From contig JAQVJV010000001.1 of the NCBI GenBank assembly GCA_028695025.1, positions 21,201-85,200 on the forward strand: a stretch of 64,000 bases of DNA, in the 5' to 3' direction. Positions 7,371 to 15,772 of the stretch are shown in pieces. The notes under the pieces are model-generated. The model had not been told where the DNA came from. It made no database searches and saw only the letters and a program-made list of their open reading frames with translations. Each line of letters begins with the position of its first letter. The first letter of the stretch is position 1. A program made the translations under genes and the position numbers. This DNA comes from Candidatus Moraniibacteriota bacterium. Its GTDB lineage: Bacteria > Patescibacteriota > Minisyncoccia > Moranbacterales > UBA11712.

Positions 7371-10261
7371 TGCCCATAAAACGAAAAAACATCCTGCCCC
7401 AGATGTTCGACGTAAAACCCGTAAACAAAAAGGGTGTTTTGGATTTGGAAAGGATCAAAAAAGGAAACAGGGTGATTATCATTCGAAAAGAAAAGCCAAT
7501 CCAAAGGATGGCGCCAAAGATCAAGCCTATCCGGAAACCAGAAACGGCAAAAACCAGCTTGAATTTCATCCGGCCATACCAATGCCCCGCAATTTTGCCC
7601 AGACCAAAGCCGATCCAGACAGAAAAAATTCGCATCCAGCCGGCCATAAACACGGAAAAGGCAGAAACAAGGCCCCAAAGCGCTCCCAAAACTTTCACGG
7701 ATGACCGGATTATTTATCACTCCAAGCCTTTCATTTCTGAAGAAGTTCGATTGAGGATCGAAAGAGATTCACTGGAAAAAGAAAATCACCTATTTAAAGC
7801 CGAAAAACATCCGCGAGGAATTGAACATCATCAAGCTTCAAAGCCTTTCGTTTCCGACGATGTCCAATTGAAGATTGAAGAAAGTTCGATAGGAATGGAA
7901 AAAGTTTCCGATTTCGAGGCTCGTCCGGAAAAAGTGAGCCGTTTTTTCGAGCCCTCTTTTGAAAATTATTCCCCGATGTTTTCCCGGGAGGAAATAATCG
8001 AAACACTCCCCGAGATAAAACCGGAAAAACCAAAAACGGAAAAGAAGGAGCTATTCAAAGCCTTTTTTGAGAAAAAAACAGAAAAATTGAGGGAAGAATC
8101 AGAGATAAGAAAGAAAAAGGCCCAAACCAAACCAAAAAAACCCTTCTTCTCCAGGCTGTTTGAAGAGAAAAAACGCAAGAAAAAAATCTCTCGAAAATCC
8201 AGCCTGAATTCTGGTTTTTCAAAACTGAACCGGGAACTTGGAAAAGTCTTTTCCCTGGAAACACAAAGGAAGATTGCACCTGTTCCGAAAATGAGTTATG
8301 GGTTTTCCTTTGCAGTGATCCTTCTTGTGATAAGCCTCACTGTGCCGACTCTTTCATATATCCAGCGCGCCCTGAATATGAAAAATTCCATTGAAATTTC
8401 CGGCCAGGAAGCGCTAGGGCAAATCGCCGAAGCCAAAGACAATCTCACCAACAGCCAATTCGAGAAAGCTGCAGTTGATTTTTCCGAGTCTTATGAGATT
8501 CTTTCCGAAGCCGACAAAAATATCCGGGATATCGGCGGGGGATTCAGCGATGTTTTGCGGTTTGTTCCGGGAATATCACGCCTTGCGAGCGCCCAGCATA
8601 TCGTTTCCGCCGGAGAACATTTTTCCCTTGCCGGAAAATCTTTGTCAGAATCGGCCAAGTCTCTCAATTCGCTTGGGAACCCGCTCGCAGACGATGCTCG
8701 AAATCAGCCCTCGCTCACCGACCTCTTTTTGAATCTTCGCGACGGAGTCGAGAAAGCAAGCAATGACCTTTCCCAAGGAACAGAAGATATAAACAAAGTG
8801 AATATCGACGACTTGCCGGCCGATATGCGCGGAAAATTCACCGACCTGAAATCAAAGCTCCCGCTTGTGAATGCCAGCCTCAAGAATTTTTTGGATTATT
8901 CCCGGATCTTTCTCGATGTTCTCGGATACAACGGCCCGCGGAAGTATCTGTTTCTTTTTGAAAACAACCAGGAAATGCGCGCCACTGGCGGATTCATCGG
9001 AAGCTACGGCATTTTGGACATTTCCAACGGCCGCGTGAAGAAACTCTTCGTGGATGACATATATAATCCCGACGGCCAGCTCAAAGCGCGGGTGATCCCG
9101 CCGCTTCCGATCCAAAAAATGAGCGCCGTCTGGACGATGCACGATGCCAACTGGTTTCCCGATTTTCCCACTTCCGCCGAAAAAGTTTCCTGGTTTTATG
9201 AAAAAACGGGCGGACCGACCGTGGACGGGGTGATCGCCATCACGCCGGAGCTTCTTGAGGATCTTCTCAAAATCACCGGGCCGATCGAAATGGATGAATA
9301 CGGAAAAACCATTGACGCAAATAATTTCATAAAAGAAACCCAGCAGGAAGTTGAAGTGGATTATGACAAGAAGCTGAACCAGCCGAAAAAATTCGTGGCC
9401 GACCTCACTCCCAAGATCTTGGACAAAGTGATGAGCGAAAAAGGAATCACGCAGCTTCTTTCCACTCTTCAGGCTTTCAGTTCCGCCCTTGAGCAGAAAC
9501 ATTTGCTTCTTTATTCCCGAAATTATAATATCCAGAAACTTATTTCCGGCCAAAAATGGTCGGGCGAAATTTTGAACACCGACAAGGATTATTTGAGCGT
9601 TATCAACACGAACATCAATGGGTACAAAACAGACGGAATCGTTGACGAAACTATCGACCATCAAAGTGAAATCCAGGATGACGGAACTGTCGTGGACACG
9701 GTGGCTGTTACCCGGAAACACAATGGCGGAAATGAAAAATATGACTGGTGGAACAAGGTGAATGGGGATTGGATGCGGATCTATGTCCCGGAAGGAGCGA
9801 AACTTCTCGAAGTTTCCGGCCAAACGCGCGAAACCAACCAGCCGGCGCTTGATTATGACACCCTCGGCTTCAAAAAAGATCCCCAAGTCCAAGCCAACGA
9901 AGACTCGGCCGAAATCGACGAAGAGTCCGGAACCAGGATATATAAGGAAAACAACAAAACCGTTTTTGCCAACTGGGTTTATGTGAGTCCCGGCGAGTCG
10001 GTGACAATCAGCTACAAATACGTCCTGCCGTTCAAGTTGGGTTTTGATCCGCTTCACCATCCGGCTGATTCCTTTTCCGTGCTATATCAAAAACAATCGG
10101 GAAGCGTCGGGAGCGAGCTCCATGCCGAAGTCAAGCTTCCGGACAATATGCATTCTATCTGGCGCTGGCCGGACGGGTTGAAACAGGACGGAAATTCGTA
10201 TAAGATGGAGGGTGTTTTGGATACGGACAAATTCGTGGGACTGGCGGTGGAGAAACAATGA
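7370..10261 (+). CDS. DUF4012-family membrane protein with a long Lys-rich N-terminal extension
   Basis: The C-terminal 600 aa or so contain the DUF4012 signature region (FENNQEMRATGGFIGSYGILDISNG). A single TM helix lies at about aa 310-330. The N-terminal 300 aa or so are low-complexity K/P/E-rich with internal repeats. The start overlaps the upstream stop (taATG). Confidence 0.6.
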   Translation: MPIKRKNILPQMFDVKPVNKKGVLDLERIKKGNRVIIIRKEKPIQRMAPKIKPIRKPETAKTSLNFIRPYQCPAILPRPKPIQTEKIRIQPAINTEKAETRPQSAPKTFTDDRIIYHSKPFISEEVRLRIERDSLEKENHLFKAEKHPRGIEHHQASKPFVSDDVQLKIEESSIGMEKVSDFEARPEKVSRFFEPSFENYSPMFSREEIIETLPEIKPEKPKTEKKELFKAFFEKKTEKLREESEIRKKKAQTKPKKPFFSRLFEEKKRKKKISRKSSLNSGFSKLNRELGKVFSLETQRKIAPVPKMSYGFSFAVILLVISLTVPTLSYIQRALNMKNSIEISGQEALGQIAEAKDNLTNSQFEKAAVDFSESYEILSEADKNIRDIGGGFSDVLRFVPGISRLASAQHIVSAGEHFSLAGKSLSESAKSLNSLGNPLADDARNQPSLTDLFLNLRDGVEKASNDLSQGTEDINKVNIDDLPADMRGKFTDLKSKLPLVNASLKNFLDYSRIFLDVLGYNGPRKYLFLFENNQEMRATGGFIGSYGILDISNGRVKKLFVDDIYNPDGQLKARVIPPLPIQKMSAVWTMHDANWFPDFPTSAEKVSWFYEKTGGPTVDGVIAITPELLEDLLKITGPIEMDEYGKTIDANNFIKETQQEVEVDYDKKLNQPKKFVADLTPKILDKVMSEKGITQLLSTLQAFSSALEQKHLLLYSRNYNIQKLISGQKWSGEILNTDKDYLSVINTNINGYKTDGIVDETIDHQSEIQDDGTVVDTVAVTRKHNGGNEKYDWWNKVNGDWMRIYVPEGAKLLEVSGQTRETNQPALDYDTLGFKKDPQVQANEDSAEIDEESGTRIYKENNKTVFANWVYVSPGESVTISYKYVLPFKLGFDPLHHPADSFSVLYQKQSGSVGSELHAEVKLPDNMHSIWRWPDGLKQDGNSYKMEGVLDTDKFVGLAVEKQ
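7721..7888 (+). repeat. Two copies of a ~17-aa peptide repeat (SKPF[IV]S[ED][ED]V[RQ]L[RK]IE...) encoded within the DUF4012 N-terminal extension
   Basis: HSKPFISEEVRLRIERDS and ASKPFVSDDVQLKIEESS lie about 38 aa apart in the translation. Confidence 0.5.
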
Positions 10262-10275
10262 CCATTTGAACCATC

Positions 10276-11910
10276 ATGATTAAATCCTTAACTCAAAAAC
10301 TGAAAAACGGTTCTCCTTCTTCATCCGTCGCTTCGGCGGCGTTTGTGATTGCCGCAGCCGGGGTTTTGAGCCGGGTGCTGGGGCTTCTCCGCGACCGGAT
10401 CCTGGCCTCGCATTTCGGAGCGGGGGACGCGCTCGATGTTTACTACGCCGCGTTCCGCATTCCGGATTTGATATATAACCTTCTTGTCCTGGGAGCCTTG
10501 AGCGCCGCCTTCATTCCCGTTTTCACCGGACTCATTGCCCACGAAAAAGATGAAGAGGCTTGGCAATTCGTAAATGTTTTTCTCACGACAGCACTGCTCA
10601 TCCTCATGCTCCTCGCCGGAATTTTTGCGTTTTTTGCCCCGCAACTGATGCCCCTCATTACTCCGGGCTTTCATCCGGGAAAAATGCATGCGGTGGTCGA
10701 TCTCACCCGGATCATGTTTTTGAGCCCGATATTCTTGGGCATAAGCGGAATTTTCGGCGGGATTCTCAATTCTTTCAAGCGCTTTTTGGTATATTCACTC
10801 GCACCGGTGATGTATAATCTCGGCATCATCTTCGGCGCCCTCTATCTCGTGAGGCCGTTCGGGATCGCGGGGCTTGCCTGGGGAGTGGTGATCGGCGCGT
10901 TTCTCCATATGCTTGTCCAATATCCGAACGTTAAAATGGTCGGCCTCAAATATTTTCCACGGCTCGACTGGAAAGACCGAAACCTCCGGAAAGTTATGCG
11001 CCTCATGGTGCCGCGGACCTTGGGCCTTGCCGTAACGCAGATCAACCTGCTCGTCATCACGGTGATTGCTTCCACCCTTGCCGCCGGAAGCCTGGCTGTT
11101 TTCAATTTCGCCAATAATCTCCAGAGTTTTCCGCTTGGAATTTTTGCCATCCCTTTTGCCCTCGCTGTTTTTCCGGTGCTGTCCCACCATGCCGCAAAAG
11201 ACGAGCGGGACGTGTTCATCTATAATTTTTCCAAAACTTTCCGCCAGATCCTTTTTTTCGTCATTCCGGCGAGCATCCTCATCCTCGTCTTGCGGGCCCA
11301 AATTGTCCGCATCGTGCTGGGATCAGGAAAATTCAACTGGACTGACACCATCCTCACTTTCCAAGCCCTCGGGATTTTCGTCGTGAGCCTTTTCGCGCAA
11401 AGTATCATTCCGCTTCTTGCCCGCGCCTTTTTCGCCCTTCACAACACGCGCATCCCTTTTTTTGCCGGCCTTGCCGCAGAAGCGGTCAACCTTGCCGCCG
11501 CGCTCACCCTTGCAAGGCCCTACGGCATCCTGGGTCTTGTTTGGGCCTTCTCGCTAGCGAACATCCTTGAAATGTTTCTTCTCATTTTCATTCTTCGGAA
11601 TAAGCTCGGAAATCTTGACGATCGGAAAATCGTTTCCGTCACTTTGCGGATCGCTTTTTCAGCTATTGTTGCCGGGCTCATTGCCCAGATCGTGAAATAT
11701 CTTGTCAATCCTTTGCTTGATCTTGACACCTTCATCGGAGTTTTTGCCCAAATGGCTTCGGCCGGATTGTCAGGAGCCGGCGCGTATTGCCTCCTTGTCT
11801 GGTATTTCAACCTTGAAGAATTCCGCTATCTCAAGAGATTTTTCAACATCCGCATCTTCCGCCTCCGCGCCCCGCTCGAAGAAGACCCGACGGAAGCAAG
11901 CGGGATTTAG
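10276..11910 (+). CDS. murJ: Lipid II flippase MurJ (MviN)
   Basis: It has the MurJ N-terminal signature (LSRVLGLLRDRILASHFGAGDALDVYYAAFRIPDLIYNL) and about 14 TM segments. Confidence 0.85.
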   Translation: MIKSLTQKLKNGSPSSSVASAAFVIAAAGVLSRVLGLLRDRILASHFGAGDALDVYYAAFRIPDLIYNLLVLGALSAAFIPVFTGLIAHEKDEEAWQFVNVFLTTALLILMLLAGIFAFFAPQLMPLITPGFHPGKMHAVVDLTRIMFLSPIFLGISGIFGGILNSFKRFLVYSLAPVMYNLGIIFGALYLVRPFGIAGLAWGVVIGAFLHMLVQYPNVKMVGLKYFPRLDWKDRNLRKVMRLMVPRTLGLAVTQINLLVITVIASTLAAGSLAVFNFANNLQSFPLGIFAIPFALAVFPVLSHHAAKDERDVFIYNFSKTFRQILFFVIPASILILVLRAQIVRIVLGSGKFNWTDTILTFQALGIFVVSLFAQSIIPLLARAFFALHNTRIPFFAGLAAEAVNLAAALTLARPYGILGLVWAFSLANILEMFLLIFILRNKLGNLDDRKIVSVTLRIAFSAIVAGLIAQIVKYLVNPLLDLDTFIGVFAQMASAGLSGAGAYCLLVWYFNLEEFRYLKRFFNIRIFRLRAPLEEDPTEASGI

Positions 11911-11924
11911 TATAAAAAAATTCG

Positions 11925-11949
11925 CCTTTTACTTAAAAAGGTTTTTTTT
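11925..11949 (+). terminator. Putative intrinsic terminator after murJ
   Basis: A cctttt/aaaagg stem is followed by a T8 run. Confidence 0.35.
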
Positions 11950-11951
11950 AT

Positions 11952-11979
11952 TTGCAAAAAGCTGAAAATGGGGTAGATT
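11952..11979 (+). promoter_or_regulatory. Sigma70-like promoter for lepA (TTGCAA-16-TAGATT), implying a leaderless transcript
   Basis: TTGCAA at 11952-11957 and TAGATT at 11974-11979. The lepA ATG at 11987 is 8 nt downstream of the -10. There is no SD. Confidence 0.4.
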
Positions 11980-11986
11980 ATAGGGT

Positions 11987-13855
11987 ATGGATAATCAACA
12001 AAACATCCGGAATTTTTGCATAATCGCCCATATAGATCATGGGAAGTCGACGCTTGCCGACCGGATGCTTGAACTCACCCAAACCGTCGAACAGCGCAAG
12101 ATGAAGGAGCAACTGCTCGACACGATGGATCTCGAGCGGGAAAGGGGAATCACGATCAAGTTGCAGCCGGTGAGGATGCAATATAAAGTTCAAAGTAGAG
12201 ACAGTGATGATTCGCAATATTTAAATAGTAAAATGAGCGAAGCGAACACCAACACTTTTCACTTTTCACTTTTCACTTTAAACTTAATTGATACTCCCGG
12301 CCATGTTGATTTCGGCTATGAAGTTTCCCGATCCCTCGCCGCCGTTGAAGGCGCGGTTTTGCTTGTGGATGCGACCAAAGGCGTGCAAGCCCAAACCGTG
12401 GCCAACCTCTATCAAGCCATCGAGCAGGGATTGGAAATCATTCCCGTGGTGAACAAAATCGACCTTCCGAACGCCGAAGTGGAAAAAACCAAAAGCGAAA
12501 TCATCCACCTTTTGGGCTGCCGGGAGGATGAAATTTTGGAAGCAAGCGGAAAAACCGGCGAGGGGGTGGAAAATATCCTGGACGCAATCGTTGAAAAAGT
12601 GCCGGCGCCGTCAGGAGAACTTCAAAAACCTCTTCGCGCCCTCATTTTTGATTCGAAATATGATACCTACAAAGGCGTTTTGGCTTACGTGCGGATCATT
12701 GACGGTGAAGTGAAAGCCGAGCACAAAATCACGGCCATGGCCACCAAACAGGATAGTTCAGTGATCGAAGTGGGCCATTTCACGCCGGAACTCGTCAAAT
12801 CGGGCAAGTTATTGGCTGGGGATATCGGCTATATCGCGACCGGCTTCAAATCGGTGAGCGATTGTCGGGTTGGGGACACGATCACTCTCACAAACGCCAT
12901 CGAAAAAACCGAACGGCTTCCGGGATACAGGGAAATAAAACCCGTTGTCTATGCCAGTTTCTATCCCAAAGAAGGGGATGATTACAACTTCATGCGCGAC
13001 GCCTTGGGAAAACTCAAGCTGAACGACGCCGCATTTGATTTCGAGCCGGAAAGCAACCAGGCGCTTGGCCGCGGGTTCCGCTCGGGGTTCTTGGGGCTTC
13101 TTCATATGGAGATTATCCAGGAAAGGCTCAAGCGCGAATTTGAAATCGATCCGGTGATCACCACGCCGAGCGTAGTTTATGAAGTTCAGGTCAAAGGCCA
13201 GAAGTCAAAGGTCAAAGTTTTCTCACCGCTCGAAATGCCCGACCCGTCCGTGACTGAAAGCATCGAAGAGCCTTATGTCAAACTGGATATTATTTCCCCG
13301 GCGCAATACCTCGGAAATATCATGGATCTCATGAACAATACCCGTGCGGAGTATAAAAATACGGAATATATCGACAGCGAACGGCTGATTCTTTCTTTCA
13401 ATGCTCCACTCACCGATGTCATCATCGACCTGCATGACAAATTGAAAAGCGTTTCGAGCGGATACGCTTCGATGAACTATGAAATCACCGGATACCGTCC
13501 CAACAAGCTGGTGAAGCTTGATATTCTCGTGGCCAATGACCGCGTGGACGCTTTTTCCCGGATTGTGCCGGAAGACCGGGCTTTCTCCGAAGGAAAAGCC
13601 ACCGTGGAAAAATTGAAGGACGTGATTCCGCGCCAAAACTTCCAAGTCGCCCTCCAGGCCGCTGTCGGAGGAAAAATTCTTGCCCGCGAAACCGTGAGGG
13701 CCTTCCGAAAAGATGTGACAGCCAAACTATACGGCGGCGATGTCACCCGCAAAAGAAAATTGCTTGAAAAACAGAAAAAGGGGAAGAAAAAGATGACCCA
13801 AGTCGGCCGGGTGGAAATTCCCAGCACCGCTTTTTTGGCCGTTTTGCGGAAATAG
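11987..13855 (+). CDS. lepA: Elongation factor 4 (LepA), with a ~25-aa lineage-specific insertion in the G domain
   Basis: G1 motif (IIAHIDHGKSTLADR), G3 motif (DTPGHVDF), and the LepA-specific C-terminal domain. The insertion lies between the conserved YKV and LNLIDTPGH segments. Confidence 0.9.
   Translation: MDNQQNIRNFCIIAHIDHGKSTLADRMLELTQTVEQRKMKEQLLDTMDLERERGITIKLQPVRMQYKVQSRDSDDSQYLNSKMSEANTNTFHFSLFTLNLIDTPGHVDFGYEVSRSLAAVEGAVLLVDATKGVQAQTVANLYQAIEQGLEIIPVVNKIDLPNAEVEKTKSEIIHLLGCREDEILEASGKTGEGVENILDAIVEKVPAPSGELQKPLRALIFDSKYDTYKGVLAYVRIIDGEVKAEHKITAMATKQDSSVIEVGHFTPELVKSGKLLAGDIGYIATGFKSVSDCRVGDTITLTNAIEKTERLPGYREIKPVVYASFYPKEGDDYNFMRDALGKLKLNDAAFDFEPESNQALGRGFRSGFLGLLHMEIIQERLKREFEIDPVITTPSVVYEVQVKGQKSKVKVFSPLEMPDPSVTESIEEPYVKLDIISPAQYLGNIMDLMNNTRAEYKNTEYIDSERLILSFNAPLTDVIIDLHDKLKSVSSGYASMNYEITGYRPNKLVKLDILVANDRVDAFSRIVPEDRAFSEGKATVEKLKDVIPRQNFQVALQAAVGGKILARETVRAFRKDVTAKLYGGDVTRKRKLLEKQKKGKKKMTQVGRVEIPSTAFLAVLRK
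12253..12280 (+). repeat. Heptanucleotide tandem repeat (cactttt)x3 plus cacttta inside the lepA CDS
   Basis: Direct read of cacttttcacttttcacttttcacttta. It encodes the FHFSLFT part of the LepA insertion. Confidence 0.7.
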
Positions 13856-13871
13856 GGTATAATATCTACAA

Positions 13872-13979
13872 ATGAAGCATAGACATAAGAAAAAAATCCG
13901 GATCATCTGGCTCATCATCACCATTATCGCCGTTCTCTCGATGGTGGCTTTCACGATCGCCCCCATGATGAGTTTCTAA
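13872..13979 (+). CDS. Small hydrophobic peptide (35 aa); speculative
   Basis: ATG...TAA ORF MKHRHKKKIRIIWLIITIIAVLSMVAFTIAPMMSF: a basic N-terminus followed by one TM helix, lying in the lepA-ftsB spacer. Confidence 0.2.
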   Translation: MKHRHKKKIRIIWLIITIIAVLSMVAFTIAPMMSF

Positions 13980-14000
13980 AAATTTGGAAAGCATCGGCCT

Positions 14001-14429
14001 GTGAAAAATAAATCGGAAGAAAAAACAAACACCGCTGCCAAAATTTTTTCCGGAATATTCTTTCTGGCCGGTTTCGTCATCCTTGCTTTGATTGGCGTAT
14101 CTTTAGGAAAAAAAATCTATCGCAAAAATCAAACCCAAAAGGAAATCGAAAAACTTCAGGCTCAAATCCAAGAACTGAAGCAGGATAACGATAACATGGA
14201 CGGGCTTATCAGCTATCTCTCTTCGACTGACTTCCAAGAGAAAGAGGCTCGCGAGAAATTAAGCCTGCAAAAAAACGACGAAAAAATGATCGTTCTGCAA
14301 AAAGATGCCGTCCAGCCGGAAAAATCCGAATCAGATTCAGATCAGAATAAAAATCAATTGGCCACTGAACCAAATAACACTCCCAACTGGCAAAAATGGC
14401 TGAATTTCTTTTTTGAAAATAAGAGCTAA
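14001..14429 (+). CDS. FtsB/DivIC-like septum formation initiator (GTG start)
   Basis: An N-terminal TM helix is followed by a coiled coil (EIEKLQAQIQELKQDNDNMDGLISYLSS..EKEAREKL), which is the characteristic FtsB/DivIC architecture. Confidence 0.5.
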   Translation: MKNKSEEKTNTAAKIFSGIFFLAGFVILALIGVSLGKKIYRKNQTQKEIEKLQAQIQELKQDNDNMDGLISYLSSTDFQEKEAREKLSLQKNDEKMIVLQKDAVQPEKSESDSDQNKNQLATEPNNTPNWQKWLNFFFENKS

Positions 14430-14432
14430 AAC

Positions 14433-15491
14433 ATGACCGACCGCAAAAAACACAAAAAAAAGCAAGCGGTGAAAATTTGGCTGATTGCCGGAGCCTCGGC
14501 ATTGGCCATTTTTGCCGTTCTTGCTTCCGTGATCCTTGGCGTTTATGAGTTCAACTGGAGCAACCGTTTTTTTGTCTCCGCCACAAAAAACATCCCTTTT
14601 CCGGCGCTATATATCCGCGGAGCCGGTTTCGTTTCGGTGAATGAAGTGAAATCCGACCTCCAGTCCGTGAAAAAATTCTATGAATCCCAGGACTTCGCAA
14701 AACTCGGCATGCGGATTGATTTCAACACCGACCAGGGCCAAAAACGGCTCAAAGTGAAAGAAAAAGAAATAATCAGCAAGCTGGTTGAAAACAAGGTGGT
14801 GGAAGCCCTGGCCGAGAAACAGGGAATTGCAATCAGCAACAGCGATGTAAACGCGGAATTGGAAAAAAATATCGCCCAATTCGGAAACAAGGACAACTTG
14901 ATGAGCGACCTTGCGCGATTATACGGCTGGACAATCGACGATTTTTCCGAAAAAGTGGTGAAGCCGGAAATGTACGCGGCGAAACTTTCTGAAAATTACG
15001 CCGGAAGCCTTGATACCGGCGCCGAGCAGGAAAAGGCGCAGGATTTATACAAGCAGGCAACAGCCAAAAACGCCGACTTTGCAACTATCGCCAAAGAAAA
15101 TTCCGACGGACAAAGCGGGGAAGACGGCGGCGATTTGGGATGGTCGACCCAAGATCAATTGATCGGGCCGGTGGGAGAGAAAGCGTTTTCCATGAAAGTC
15201 GGGGAAATCAGCGATCCGGTGGAGAGCGAGCTTGGTTTCCATATCTTGAAACTTACGGAGAAGAAAACCGACAACGGCGTGGAGATTGTCCATTTGAGCC
15301 AAATTTTTGTGAAAAAGCCGACTTTTTCCGACTGGCTTTCCGGCCAGATGAAAAACTATCCGGTGACGGTCTTTGTGAAAGAATATCAATGGAATTCCGG
15401 GGACGCCAAAATCGGATTCCGCGATTCGGAAATGCAAAAATTTGAAAAAAATCTCCCGGCCAACTCGGAAGGGGATCCATCGGTGTTTTAG
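14433..15491 (+). CDS. Parvulin-type peptidyl-prolyl cis-trans isomerase (PrsA/SurA-like), membrane-anchored
   Basis: An N-terminal TM helix is followed by a PpiC-type domain (GGDLGWSTQDQLIGPVGEKAFSMKVGEISDPVESELGFHILKLTEKK). Confidence 0.7.
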   Translation: MTDRKKHKKKQAVKIWLIAGASALAIFAVLASVILGVYEFNWSNRFFVSATKNIPFPALYIRGAGFVSVNEVKSDLQSVKKFYESQDFAKLGMRIDFNTDQGQKRLKVKEKEIISKLVENKVVEALAEKQGIAISNSDVNAELEKNIAQFGNKDNLMSDLARLYGWTIDDFSEKVVKPEMYAAKLSENYAGSLDTGAEQEKAQDLYKQATAKNADFATIAKENSDGQSGEDGGDLGWSTQDQLIGPVGEKAFSMKVGEISDPVESELGFHILKLTEKKTDNGVEIVHLSQIFVKKPTFSDWLSGQMKNYPVTVFVKEYQWNSGDAKIGFRDSEMQKFEKNLPANSEGDPSVF

Positions 15492-15513
15492 GAGTTTAAA
15501 ATACGTTGAAACC

Positions 15514-15543
15514 AAAAACTTCGCATTCTTGCGAAGTTTTTTT
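15514..15543. terminator. Bidirectional hairpin terminator between the PPIase gene (+) and tRNA-Thr (-)
   Basis: aaaaacttcgca-ttct-tgcgaagttttt forms a perfect 12-bp stem flanked by A and T runs. Confidence 0.6.
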
Positions 15544-15618
15544 GGAGCCGATGGCCGGGATCGAACCGGCGACCTACGCGTTACGAGTGCGTCGCTCTGC
15601 CAACTGAGCTACATCGGC
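15543..15618 (-). tRNA. tRNA-Thr (anticodon CGT), with encoded CCA
   Basis: The reverse complement folds as a cloverleaf: GCCGATG acceptor, TAGCTCAGTTGGCAGAGC D-arm, anticodon loop CTCGTAA, T-arm GCCGGTTCGATCCCGGC, and 3' CATCGGC-T-CCA. Confidence 0.8.
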
Positions 15619-15626
15619 GTGATTTT

Positions 15627-15700
15627 TGGAGCGGGATACGAGAATCGAACTCGCGTTTCTTGCTTGGGAAGCAAATGTACTGCCACTGTACTAATCCCGC
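15627..15700 (-). tRNA. tRNA-Gly (anticodon CCC), with encoded CCA
   Basis: The reverse complement has a GCGGGAT acceptor, anticodon stem-loop TTTGC-TTCCCAA-GCAAG, T-arm GCGAGTTCGATTCTCGT, and ATCCCGC-T-CCA. Confidence 0.8.
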
Positions 15701-15712
15701 AATTACTGCCAA

Positions 15713-15741
15713 ATACTAGCAAATTTTTCCGCTTCTGGCAA
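15713..15741 (-). promoter_or_regulatory. Putative sigma70-like promoter for the tRNA-Gly/tRNA-Thr pair (TTGCCA-17-TAGTAT on the minus strand)
   Basis: On the minus strand, TTGCCA (plus coordinates 15736-15741) and TAGTAT (15713-15718) are separated by a 17-nt spacer. The tRNA-Gly 5' end lies about 13 nt downstream. Confidence 0.3.
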
Positions 15742-15755
15742 CTGAAATTGTTTTG

Positions 15756-15764
15756 TGCTATAAT
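15756..15764 (+). promoter_or_regulatory. Extended -10 element (TGcTATAAT) directly upstream of prfB
   Basis: TGCTATAAT at 15756-15764 ends 8 nt before the prfB ATG at 15773. This implies a leaderless or near-leaderless transcript. Confidence 0.4.
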
Positions 15765-15772
15765 TTTTCCGT

